64,000 nucleotides of DNA, taken from NCBI GenBank assembly GCA_030141605.1, contig JAQGDQ010000295.1, forward strand, positions 226,334 through 290,333, read 5' to 3'. Made by a program: the position numbers and the translations under genes. Shown one piece after another: positions 27,226 through 40,200 of the stretch. The notes beneath the pieces were generated by a model that saw only the letters and a list, made by a program, of their open reading frames with translations, did no database searches and had not been told where the DNA came from. This stretch comes from Tubiluchus corallicola (lineage: Eukaryota > Animalia > Priapulida). How positions within the stretch are numbered: position 1 is the stretch's first letter; every line of letters begins with the position of its first letter.

Positions 27226-27309
27226 ATAAAGTAATATAATTTTACTTTATAATATACTTCAGGTACCGCTTTTCTTGTCCTTTAAGCCAGAGCTAAAACT
27301 AAACTGATA

Positions 27310-27600
27310 ATAACAATAAAATTATATATTTATTATTTTTTTTATTCAAAGTTTATTTCTGCATACAAAAATGCTATGTAAAAGTTAAAATTACACTAAA
27401 AACTAAGAAAACACTACATGTCTTGCACTATTAAAAAGGAAAATTTACAAAAAATATAATTAAAATATATACAGGTTTTTAAAAATACAAAGCATCGGTT
27501 AAAAAACCAGCGGTTACTAGTCAATAAATCATTCCATCTTCTAAATATTCTGCTATAAAGTCGCATGTCAATTTGGTGGCGTATATGATTTGTAATAAAA
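27310..27600 (-). mobile_element. Decayed CR1/L2-like LINE 3' end
   Basis: LYSRIFRRWNDL in ORF 27414-27617, then AT-rich UTR and AATAAA. Confidence 0.4.
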
Positions 27601-30454
27601 TTTGCAGACCCAATCACCCCTTCTTGGTCTTAAACTATAGCCAGAGTGACGTAAGCGTAGTTTAAAATATTTTATATTATGTTCTACGCATATTGTAGAA
27701 GATGGCGCATCGGAAGCATAGCATGTGAAAAATTTGTGAACAGCATTGTTGTAAGTGGCGCGGATCTTGGTTAAACTGTATACTTTGAAGTTATGGTAAA
27801 GATGGTCTTGGTGCTTACGATCATCTTGACAATTGTTGTCGTTGTTGTTGTAATGCTGGTGGCGGTGGCGGCAGCGGCAGTGATGGTTGGCATGGTTGTG
27901 CGGAGAGTGTGGTCATAGCTTAGTGCAGTGCTTGCTACAATGTCGTGACGACTGATGGTCGTGAGGGAGCGTCGATGATAGAGCAATGCAGGTTAATGAC
28001 ATTGACGAGAGTTATGATCGACGCTAGAATTATGATGCTATAGCAATGATAATAATGCTAGTGTTGGTAATTGTAGTACATGACATTGTAGCTACCTAAA
28101 CCGCGAATTTAATTTTAGTGTTCCTGAAATGGAAAGACTTGCTTTTACAACATATTGCGCGTCTTCTGCCCACTTTCTCACAGATAGAAAGAGGGAGATG
28201 AAGTAAGCTGCCCAGGGAGGAGCGCCTCTGTATTTGCAGGAGAGACATGCCAAATGAAGAATACGTACTTTGTCATTGTATTAAAACTGAATATTTGAGA
28301 TAACTTTATAACATAATTGGACTTTAGGAACATACAGTCATTATATAACACTTTGGATCAACATAATTTGATGCATTTTATTTTTGAGCGTTTTAGCATT
28401 TTCAAGTGATCACGTTTTCACTATTCTAACTTGCATTTTTGTAAATTAATTGTAACTGCTGTGATTGGTCACCTATTAATAAATTTACTATTACTACTAG
28501 TCACTGCGATGGGTTATACTAGTAATGATGAGTGTGGATTTGACAGTGATGAAGAATCGCGCAGATTTAACCCGGGCTAAATTATTTTACCTATGTTTAA
28601 AATATGTAAGTTGCATAAACGTGCTTTTATCTGCGTCCATGCGTGCCCACGTTCTCTTATTTTTCTTATAAAGTATCCATAATTCTGCGCGTATTATTAT
28701 AAACTTTCACCTGATAAGTCAAGTGCTCCAAAAATGTGACGTCACGTACTTATGTTACGCATGACATTACCCCTCGCGTCGACGCGCCTAGATCTGCAAA
28801 CTTTTTCAAATTATTTGAATAAAATCTCTCTCGGATAGGCTTTGATGATTTCATAATAAATTGTTGGATCTATGGTCGGAATGCTCCCTGCGGGCACAGA
28901 TCGGGGAGTTGCGAGACCGAGACATAGAGCCCGTCTCGCCAGCGCGGCTACAGTTTACATAGTGGCCGCAGACAATGTCAGAAATTACGAACAATTAATT
29001 GTTGCGCAAAATCAAATTTAACCGTTTCACACGTATAGTGAAAGAGTTAAACCGCTTAGGAAAAGGAATTATGTAATGGAATTAATCCCTGTTTTTTTTC
29101 AACGCGACCGAAGGTGGATCCATCACTGTGTTTAAAAGAATGATACCTAGGGTAGAAAAATGCCACAAAAGTACTTTTTGATGGAGTAGTATTCTTACTA
29201 CTGTCACAGACTATTTGTTCTTTCTTATTTCTTACCTTTTTGCGTTTTTTGAGCTCAGGTAGAAGATTTTTCTCACCCCTCTCTCTCTCTCTTTCTCCAA
29301 GGATGGGCCGCAGATTTTGATCTTTTATCCAGTTCGGCTGTAATCTGAATAGCTTTTTGACTATTTCTCTATTGTTAACACATTTAAAGTCAACAGAGAC
29401 TGTTAATCGGCTGCTATTATTGCTCTGCTTCGCTCTTGTACTACATCGACGAATGTTTTAAGGTCGCTTTTTAAAATGTTTTAAGTAGTTATTGATTACC
29501 ATCCCTTGTATAGTAGTTTGTAGACATGTTTTCACTACAAAACAAGGTGAAATCTTAAAATTGTTTGGACTGCATTTCATCACTTAAAATGTTTGTGCTT
29601 AAAAATATAAAAAATAAAATTTAGACGTTTGTACCATCAAGCTGTATCCCTGACTCCTAACACTCGAAGAGGTCTGGAAAACTTAATTCAGGCAGATTGC
29701 TTGTATGATTAATCATTTTGTCTGATTGTGGTAAAGTGAAATTCCCCTGCATCCCCATTTTATGGGAATCAAACCTTTGTACCCCTCAGAAAATGTGTCA
29801 TTTTAAGCAGTACTATATTACTGAATATACTTGATAATTGATTATTGCAATATTGAAGATGTTAATGCACATAAACGAAAACGTTTTATTAAAACAGATT
29901 TAAAAAGAAACGTTTTCGTTAATGTCCAGCAGCATCTTCAGTTGAGTTGCTGCTAGAACAGTTATTCTAAATTATTTAGTTTGAAATTTTTGCCTATTCA
30001 GGTTACACTGTTGCGAGAATGTAATTGTTTGTAATCTGAGCGAAAACGCCTCCCATTTCTGATTAAAACCTTTTGTTCTAAGAAAAATATGCAAGGTGTT
30101 ACAAAAAAACAGTACAGCAACTAATGCTATTACTGCTATACGCTTACCAATGTTACACCGTTAGCAATATGGAAATGTAAGTGTTGCAACAGATATCTTT
30201 GCGGGACAGCTGCAGTTTATCCATATTCATTAAGTACAGCTCCTTTGAATGTTCCAGTCCTGAGAGGTAACAGAATACTTGACGTTTTAGCTGCACCTTT
30301 CTAGCGGGTCAAAGCAATTTTAATGATTTCCTCTTCGATATTGGTTATGCAGAAAATAATATGTGCCACTGCTTAGAGGGGGGAGGGCAAACATCATCTG
30401 CTGTTTGTTTGAATGTAAATCGTAATTGTATTAAAATGAAAGACTTTTGCAAGT

Positions 30455-30593
<139 letters not shown>

Positions 30594-31475
30594 CACGTCA
30601 TTGTATGCTTACAGCAGAACGTGAGTGTTCCACATTTATTTTTTCCATATTGCCACATTTCTACTGTTTCTACCGTGTATAATTCACGTGTTGTTATACA
30701 GCAAATATTATTGCGTAAAATGGTGTTATGTAAGTTGCAGTGTGCGTACATAGTCCTGCTCTCCCAGCCTCACTCATTCACCTTCGCTTGGCCCTATCAA
30801 TAATAAAATCCCTTTACACGGTCAGTGAATATTCGATATAAAGGAAAGAGTTTAAAAGCAGGTGTTTATAAATTAACCAGCGCTCCCTAAATGACCTCAT
30901 GATTGTGTAATAATAACGTTATCTTTTAACCCTTTCCCTTTTGATGAAATCGGAGGGGTAAAGAGTTGTAGATGATGCGGCAGATAAATCTCTGCGCGTG
31001 GTCACGCGGTGGGGGCGCTGCTGTTCCCGGTGGGGCGCTGCCAGTCGCATTGATACGAAATTAGTGTAGGTGAGTGAATTTTAATGGCAGCTAATGTACT
31101 GGTTTTGTTTTTCGTTGATCAGCAGTGGGTTTAGTTGTTGTTCATGCAACTGACATCTGCCCGTGTCTGATCTGTTTGCGCCTTCCAGACTATCCCGGTC
31201 ATTCCCCATTGTTTCCGTCCTGTGTGCTGAGATTCAGATTTTCCGCTTTTCACGCAGTAACAGTTGCTGTCAGAAAAACTGTAAAATTGTAAAGTTTAAA
31301 ATGTTAATTCTGCAATAGACGTAATATGTTTCGGAAGGCGTACAATCTTATAGCAAATCTATGGTTCGATGATTGGGCTGCTGTAAACATTCAACCAATT
31401 TACTAACGTCTTCTCGAAGTTACTGAGCAGTTAGTATAAGAGAAAATGAAAGGCACGTAAAATAAATATTATTTT

Positions 31476-31640
31476 CATCGTCGTCTTCATATCATCAATT
31501 GCCCATTGTGTCTATTGTAGACATTGGGCAGGCAAAACTCTAAAATAAAAGAAGTCTGCCCTCAACACAGGTAAACACAGCATTTATCCAACAGAAAACT
31601 AGACACTGCTATGCCACTGGCCTGTGTCAGCACCACTTCC
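31476..31640 (-). repeat. Interspersed repeat with (CAT)n end, copy 2
   Basis: Direct alignment with 22270-22440. Confidence 0.65.
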
Positions 31641-34600
31641 CATTGTTTTCATGGTGATACACTAAAAATAGGCCACGGGTATGAACTAGGTTTTGGACCC
31701 TTATTCATTGCATCTCGAAACCATTTAGAGGCTACTGTGTGGCCTTGCTGAGTGACTCAGGAGTTAAACTACGTTGGCTATGTAAACGCTTGAATGAGTG
31801 ACCACAGTAGAATCTATTGCTGAGGCGAGTCTTTGCTTATCCAAATTTATATTCCTGTTTTAAAATTTAGAAGGAAGATTTTGTAAATGTACGTGGGTCT
31901 TCAGTAACATAGTTAACTTTTCTTAGAATGTTTCTACAAAAGCCTACTTAGTCTACTTAAACTAAATGTACAAAAAAGGTGCACAATGATAGTGTAGTAA
32001 TGCGTAATGGTAAATTTCGTAATTTTTCTCGTAAAGGCCTTTCAGAAGGGTGTTCAGAAAGTAGCCAGTTAGGAGAAAATGATCTTACTCCTTGCCGTAT
32101 AGGTATGCCTGAGGTTTCGAGTAACGTATATATCTATGCCTACATATGGACATGGCTTGTCTTCATTTCTAACAATAAACCATGCTAATCCCCTCCCTCT
32201 CCTGGGAGCTGTTGCAGTACTTGTCGGCTCTTTACTTCTCATTTGTACCCTGTCTTTATGGTACCTGTCTACACCACTGTCCACCCCTCGGGGTAGCCGC
32301 TTCCTCTTAATTAAATGCAATATTTGGCTCTCAATTTGCTGTCCAGCTTTGTCCAGTTGCGGTCCTTCGGGGCTGCGGCGATGCTGACGACGCCGATTAA
32401 ATCTAGATCATCTGTACGGTTTTGTTAACCTGAGATGTGGGCTGGACTATGTATTCATTTGCACATGGGAGGTATGGGAAATCTTTTATGACTAATGTAC
32501 TCTAGCGTCACCATAGCTAGTAAATAATCTTCGTACTCATGCAGTAGCTGAATTATTTGGAGTAACAGACAATTTGATCTTGGAAAACATGAACACAGAG
32601 CAATGAGTAGAACAAACTAATCTTCCATTCTGTGGCGCGCTCGTGTGTTCGTTTGTTTGTTACCTGTTAGATAACTTTAATCTAAACACTTGGCTAAGAA
32701 TTTGTCCACCAAAATATGTCCACTACCACGTAAAATTTATTCAAATTGAATTGACAGTGCTCACCGAATTTATTTCTCCTTGGGCTTGATAACAACAGGG
32801 AAATGAAATCAGCTATTTCTAGCTTATGTACTCATTAATTATTGCAAGAAGAGGGAAAAGAGGGAACAGTCGCGGGCCCTATTCGCCAAATAACTTAGCG
32901 GATTAAGAGAAATTGTAGCTAATTTTCGGCTAACTTTTCGCCTAATTTATCCAACGCATTAAATCCACAATTGGCCTTGTCCCGTCATATCATTGGAGAC
33001 CAATTAAATCTAATGAGTGGCGTATTGTTCTTGTTAGACATGACAAAATTGGCATTGTTCAAGAAGAGAGAAGTTAAACTCGAAGATAATTGCCTAGATG
33101 TCCAGGTAGATTACATGGAGTCCTTTTCACCTGATGTGTCTTAATCTGGACCTCTTTCCTGTTCTGAAATATTACTGGTCAAAATTTTAGCTAATTTTGC
33201 ATTATCTGAGTAAGTGCCTCAGTTAGACGCTTACAAAGCATTGTAAAGCGTCAAAGGCGGCGTGTTATTAAGTTTAGGAGTGATCAGGTATCATTATGTA
33301 TTTATAAGCTACACTTCAGTTCCATGCAGTGGGGCTGGTTTCCTGAAAGTTTAGTCTTTCACTAAATACTGTTAAAATATTGTTTTTATGAAAATTAGTC
33401 AAATTCCAATATGTCCAAATGTCCAGAACGACCACAGTGTAGAAGTGATTGTTGAAGCTGTCAAAGGTTGAAGATTGAAGACAATCGCAGTTTATTGTAA
33501 TCTTAACTTCTCTGAGATTCTAGAGAGAACTTTATTTTTTCTATGCGCAAATAGATCTTTAAACAGATTTTTCTGCTAAATTATTATACATAAACACTGA
33601 AACTACAATTTCGTTCATCTAACTCTTCATGTTCAAAATCATTAAAATTAGTATGAAAAATAAACAGCGTGGAACAAGGACTTCTTCTTGAGGAACACCC
33701 CAATTGTTTTGTGGAGAATTCTAAATCTTCTTTATAATGCTTCGCCTCAAAATGGAGATTAAATTTCATACAACACTACTAGGATTTTAGTAGCAATAAG
33801 AGAAGAAAGGAAAACTGATTTAAAGATAAAGGTTTGCACTCCCCACCTGCTTATAGATCTTTTAGATGAATCTCTACGGAGTCTGTCTGATCATAGTAGA
33901 CTTGTGCGGTAATTAATAGTGGCATACGTTCTACATAATAACTGCCTAACTATAAGTTAAATTAGCTAATTACACCTTTACACTACTCCAGGTGCATAGG
34001 ATCGTACATTTTTCCTTTGTTTAATTTATACGTGGATTCGTTATAGAAAGCAAAGAATTACATGAGCATATAGTAGGCTTATTAAACTAACACGTGCCAA
34101 TTACGTAATTTCAGACTATCTGAAAACTGCATTACGTGTTTGGGGCCAATACTGCCCGTTTGCAGGTGGTGCCTGGTTTGAGGTCTAACTCTTTGTGTTT
34201 ATGCAGGTATTGTTAACTGCGTAAGTGATTTTAAGATTTGAATGTTTTCTATTTCAACTTTTCTTCAAGAAAGCTTCAGCTGTATTTAGTTTCTTAAAAC
34301 ATTCTTTTTATATACTTATTCATTCTTTCGTTCGTTTGTCTATTTGTTTATCTGTCTTCCGTCCACCCACATTTTGTTCATCAGCAAATTAAAAATAGCA
34401 CAGATAATACCTTTAATAAATGTGAAAAAAGTAGTTACAGTTTACTGTAACTTACTCAATTCCTAACTACGCAGTAGCCATGCGCAAATAAATTCTGTGA
34501 TTAATAGACACTACCGTTTAAAACTTAAAGCTTTGTTCACACCGTGAGTATCAGTCATTGACTGAAGTAATAAAATTTAAAGCTTGAATGCTTAAATCGC

Positions 34601-35860
34601 TTTAGTTTGCATTTGCTAATGGTGTGTAAACACAGCCAAACAAGTTGAAGGTGTGCGCCTGTTCTTTGCTTGTTTGCATTTTCTACATTTTCTTGGTAGT
34701 GTACGCTTTTGCAGTAAAATTGACCCTGCTTATTCTAGGTTTCTAGTTTCTCACTCTCTCCCCTGTTTCCCTCTCCCCTTTTCTCTCCCGCTAAGTCCCG
34801 GAGCAGCTAGCAAGAGAGAAAAATAAAATTAACCAAAGATGAAAAATTTTTATACCATAAGTATCCGCCTACTGTCATGGATACAGGTGGCGCTGTTGGA
34901 CTGTGAGCTACAAGAAGGGAAATCTCAGACCTGCTCTGTCATGTTGGCTGGTCTCGGTTTCAAATGTCGACTAATCCACAATTTTTCATCGTCTCCTTTC
35001 TCTCTCCAACTCATTACTCGCAATGAGTTATAGCTGGTAAATATAAACCGCAATGGTTTATAAAAGTTCTGGCAAAAACAGTCACAATAATTAATTCATG
35101 ATAAAGAGCATGCAGCATTTATACCATGCGATAATTGCCTTCATGAGGAGGACGCCTAGCTTCTAGCTGGTTGCAGAATTTCTCACAAGGAATGTCACAA
35201 GGATTTTTTCCTCGAGAAATTTTGCCCTCACTGTGAAATGGGCCCAAGTTGGAAATAACTCTTCCTCGATTCTACTAAACTCTAGAGTGTATAATGCCGT
35301 ATACGCCTCTTAGTAACAAAGTTGACCCCACCTTTTACGTAGCCATCTTCTCGCTTATCTGACTCTATTTGCAAAAGTTCAATACAAACCTTTTCTATTG
35401 TAATAAAATTCAAAACAATATTTGCTGTTGCCCTGCACGGGTTATAGTCGGCTTGATTTATAAATATTTTTCAGCGTATTAACAATATCTCGGCCATTAT
35501 TGGCTACTTTGTGCTTGATTATTTTTCTTTTCTTCGGAATATTTTTCAAAAGTTCTTGCTTCTTCACCGCCGCGATTTACGGAGTTTAAAAAATATTGAC
35601 AATTTTAAAATTCCATTGAAAATAATCTCCGCCATATTGTTCGGTTTTGTTCGTCTGATTTCAAGCGGCGCACCTGTAAAATTCAAGGTTTTACGATTTA
35701 CGTTGCAAGAATTTTGCTTGGACGCATTGCACATGAATCCTAACAACGTGAACGATAATTTGGATTATATCATCGATGTACCAAGACATGATGTAACTTA
35801 AAATATACTTGATTTATCGTGATATTCCGAGATTCTCTAGACTCTTCCTCCAACATTACA

Positions 35861-35864
<4 letters not shown>

Positions 35865-35950
<86 letters not shown>

Positions 35951-36428
35951 TTATTTACCATTAAAAATTATACCAGTTAACATTAAAGATCATTGCACAG
36001 TTTAAATCAAACATGTTACAACTAAAACACGTTCATGTTAAAAATCTACATTAAATTAAACTACACTCGTGTCCATGGATGAAATGTAAACGATCTACTG
36101 TTGAACTTTTACGAATTTTGAAATAATTACAAGAAATAAATTAATGGTACACGTAACAATAGAACGATAGTAATCAGAATTTATAAATAGTTAATAAATT
36201 AGTGTAAATCCAAAACACTCCCTAATAAAAAATATTTGCTAGCCAAAATTTTAGTATCACATTTAAACAAGTCGCCAATTGATGTGAAATCGATTGTTGC
36301 ATATTTATTTCTTAATTTCGCGCTAGTATAACAGCAGAAAACATGGTCCTCGCTTTGGATCGAGGAGTTGCCACAATTACAAACTCTGCGCTCCCTAAGG
36401 TTGACGGGCCCATCTGCCCAAGTCAATT
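35865..36428 (-). mobile_element. 3' fragment of a LINE with C-terminal zinc knuckle and (TAA)n tail
   Basis: ERRVCNCGNSSIQSEDHV...C motif in ORF 36199-36426, then UTR, AATAAA and the (TAA)n array at 35865-35947. Confidence 0.7.
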
Positions 36429-37098
36429 CACAAGTTGTGAGATAATTACAAATAGTTTAATGTGGGAAAAGATCAAAATAATAATAATTTAAATTACTTG
36501 GTGAAAAACTTAAACGTTTGGTAAAGTTAGTGTTTTTTAAACTTTAGTTATTTCATTTAATAATTTCAATTATTAGTTTGATCTTTTCACATTATAAATT
36601 ATTTGATATAATTATCTTTCAGTTGCATTCTGAGGAAGAACTTCGACAATTTCGAAACATCATAGTCAATTAAATATAAATATCATATCTCTTATATTAC
36701 TAATAACATACTATTGCCTTGCATCTCTTATATTACTAATAATATACTATTGCCAATGCCACCATCCGTGCATATTCTTCTCAAAATGAAATTGGTCTAC
36801 ACGTATTCACTAGTTAGTGTACCAAAAAATTTACATTTATTCGTTTACAACAATAACATTTTTAGCTTCAAGTATGTTTACTCAAAGTGTGTGGATTGCA
36901 AACAATTCTAATGAAGTAACACAAACTTCTGATATTGCAAGAGGCCTCAGAAATGACAAGTGCGTACTTTTAGCGAAGAACTGTCCTTTGCTATGAAAGA
37001 AGTTTACTACCGTTTATTATGCTGTGAAGTAATTATGCGTAATATCGAGATTTAGGACTACTTATCTATCTGTATGTAGATATTTCATTCTATCTATC

Positions 37099-37130
<32 letters not shown>

Positions 37131-37207
37131 CGTGCGTGTGTGTGCGTGCGTGCGGGTGTGGGTGTGTGGCGAACTCTTGAAATGCCTGCTGTAGAATGCA
37201 TATGCAT
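37099..37207 (+). repeat. (GT)n(GCGT)n microsatellite plus conserved flank, copy 1
   Basis: Flank GGGTGTGGGTGTGTGGCGAACTCTTGA.ATGCCTGCTGTAGAATGCATATGC recurs at ~48979-49030. Confidence 0.9.
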
Positions 37208-40200
37208 ATGATTGTATCACTAATAGAAGATCCGAAACTTCGACGTAATCGTTGACGTCTATATAACCTATATAACATTATTAGTTTTATTACTGTAGTA
37301 AAGGGCATTATTTGTGTTCTCTTTGACACTAGTGTTCAGTATTTAGCAAAAAGCTTTTGAACGGTTTTCACTTTTTAAACAGTGGAAATGAAGACAGTAC
37401 TCGAACAAGAGCTTAGCGTATTTTTAAATCGTAGGCCTTTCCGGAGTCACAACCCCGACAGTTATATTTAGATGCCAAGATGCGGTCACAGACAATGTCC
37501 ATTGTTTACAGTCTGAAACACTGACCACCCAACCATGTAACATGTGTGTGCAAGGAACGTTTGATTTTGTGTTTAGTTAGTTATTAATTTAATTAGTACA
37601 TTGTCTCTAACATCCCGGTCAGCTTTATGATAGAAAAGCGATGTTTGTACATGACTTAACTTATTTGCAATAAATAAATTTGCGGCCCTAATGTTTCTTG
37701 ATTAGCTGCTTCTTTTATTTAGGTTGTTTTCAGTATTAATTAAGAGCTGAAACATGGTGTCCATAATTTGATCATGCTAAACTACAGCTTTTTCGCTCTT
37801 CTAAAAATCATTTGCACAACCAAGAGCTATATTTGATGGAAGACTTTTTGCTTTAATAAAGAACAGTTGCTCAAAACTACAAGTCAAATTTTTCAAAAGT
37901 AAACACATCATCTTAGTTTTATAGTTTTAATTTGCGTGCGAAAATATCATGTACAAAGCTATTTAAACCCTGGTGCACACACATCCGCCAAATCGACGGC
38001 CGACAACCCTGGATCCACGCAAGGCTAATTCGAATCGGGGGCTAAGAACCCTGGGTCCACCGGCTGTTGTCTTTACCTCCATGTTAAACCATTATTACAA
38101 TATTGATATGCACGCTGTCATAACATAGTTGAGGATTTTACAATTACGCAAATTAACATCAGCTTGAGTTTTCCATCCGCCATGTTGAATTTTTGCGGTT
38201 TTGCTGTACAGGTTGGCGGATTAGCGCCTTGCGGTGGCCGTAATTGGCATTAAGTTTTTCCGCTCGAAGGTCTGTATTTGTAGCTGATTGGGGTCGAGTC
38301 GGGTGTTTGTTTTAGGCTGGTAAATTTGAAATTTTGCACCCGATTTTCTAGAGCCTAGAGGACAGAGTAAGTGGAATAACAACCATTTATATTGAGTTGT
38401 GTACAACAAAATTGCAACAAAAAATGTCGGAAAATGGGAATCTTGCACTTCAAACACTGAGAATATCTGGTCAGGTTATTATTAGCATCTCTATTCTGCT
38501 TTTTTCCCAAATACATCACGCAATTCTCAAGGTTATAGCAATAAAATTATACAGTTCGAACGCTTTATGCATGTCTGTCAGACTGTCACCAGATGTACCA
38601 AAATACTAAAGTAAACAAGAAACGTGCTGAGCTCAAATGAAATGCACAACAAATTAGGTTGGCATAACAATTAAAAAATCAATTATTATAGCTTGGTCTC
38701 AAAAGTTATTTTATCTTTGATTACACTACTATTAGTAGAACAAGATCTTCTGTGGACTTGCACCGCAGTGTAGTATAGTACAGCACAGTATTCTACAGTA
38801 CAGTATAGTAATTTTACTTCAATTTAAAACACATAAAAGTTCGCACAGTTACAGTAAAATAAAAGCCACTCTATCGACAGAGTTATGAGACACCTTAAAA
38901 TCATTAAAAACAATTATTTTACATATAAGTTAAAAGCGGTCGTTAGACAAACAATAAAGCAAATCCTTTTACATAAGGCAAAAATTTTCTTCTTTCCAAT
39001 GCTAGATGTCTGGTTTGGCACATTCTTTTCGACAAATATTACTTGACAGTCTTTGACGTAATTGATCATTCTCGTTGAACTTTTTTCCATAGAATGTCGC
39101 AATTCGCAATGTAAATTCAAGTATGGCGCTTTGCTAATCCCGAGAGATCTAGAAATTCAGACAGTTTCGGAGTAGGGAGTACTGAAAGAACTTGGAAGTA
39201 GTCAGTGCCGATTTCTTGACTCCACTTTGTCAAATTAGTGTTTTAATTTGGGATTAAGGCGACAGAGTATAACCTGTCTTTACTGGCAAAGTAATGTTTT
39301 GTCAGGGCGAGATTACAGCACCTAGGGGGTCATTTGTAGGTTATTTTTCCCCACAAATAGTAATCTTTAAGGGGGTGCGAAGGAAACTGGAACGTTATCT
39401 TTTTTGCCAAATTCTTCATTCTTCCTAACTTCTCTAATTATTATTGTGCTTCTGAGAAGCAATATTCGATGTCTCCCTTGATAATGAGGACAGTTTGATT
39501 TTCTGTCTGACACCGGAAAGATCGTTAATCTTTCCTCCCCCGGGAAACTGTCTTGCCACCCAGAGAAATCTGGTCCTTGGAAATGGAATTAAACTAAATC
39601 AAACATCGCAGTTACTTTGGTTAGACCTCGGGAAATTGCTGGAAAAACTTGACAAACAGACGTCGTATTGTTGCATGACAACTTTTCACACCAAACATTT
39701 GAACGTCTTTGCCCGTCACGTGAGCACTGAACAGGTCACGTGAACAGCGTTCACGTGCTTGGTGGCGGGCTATGGTCTAGTCTCCTAGTCCGTAATGTAA
39801 GAGTTTAAACATGCAATTGGATAGCTAGTATTTTACTAAACATTTTTCTTTGTTGCCCTCTGAACCACGTAGCCACAACTATGTTTGTGACTATGATTAT
39901 GTAGTTTATTCCACACAAAAATAGTAAAGTTACAACAGTAGCGTAAAAAAGGTTTACACCTGAGTTTTTTACTCCAGAAATGATTTTTGTCAATAATAAG
40001 TAGATCAATTCTCAATTATCTTTAAACACACTTAGTAGGATGCCAGCCTGAATCAGTAGCATAGTAGTCTCTGAAGGTTACCAAACCAGTATTAATATGG
40101 GTGATTAAGTGTTAGGAGTGAGCATTCTCTATTAGGAAGCGGATTTGTGACTTTCGAATTCGAATCGAACCGAGCTTCAGTATTTCTAATTCAATTCGTT

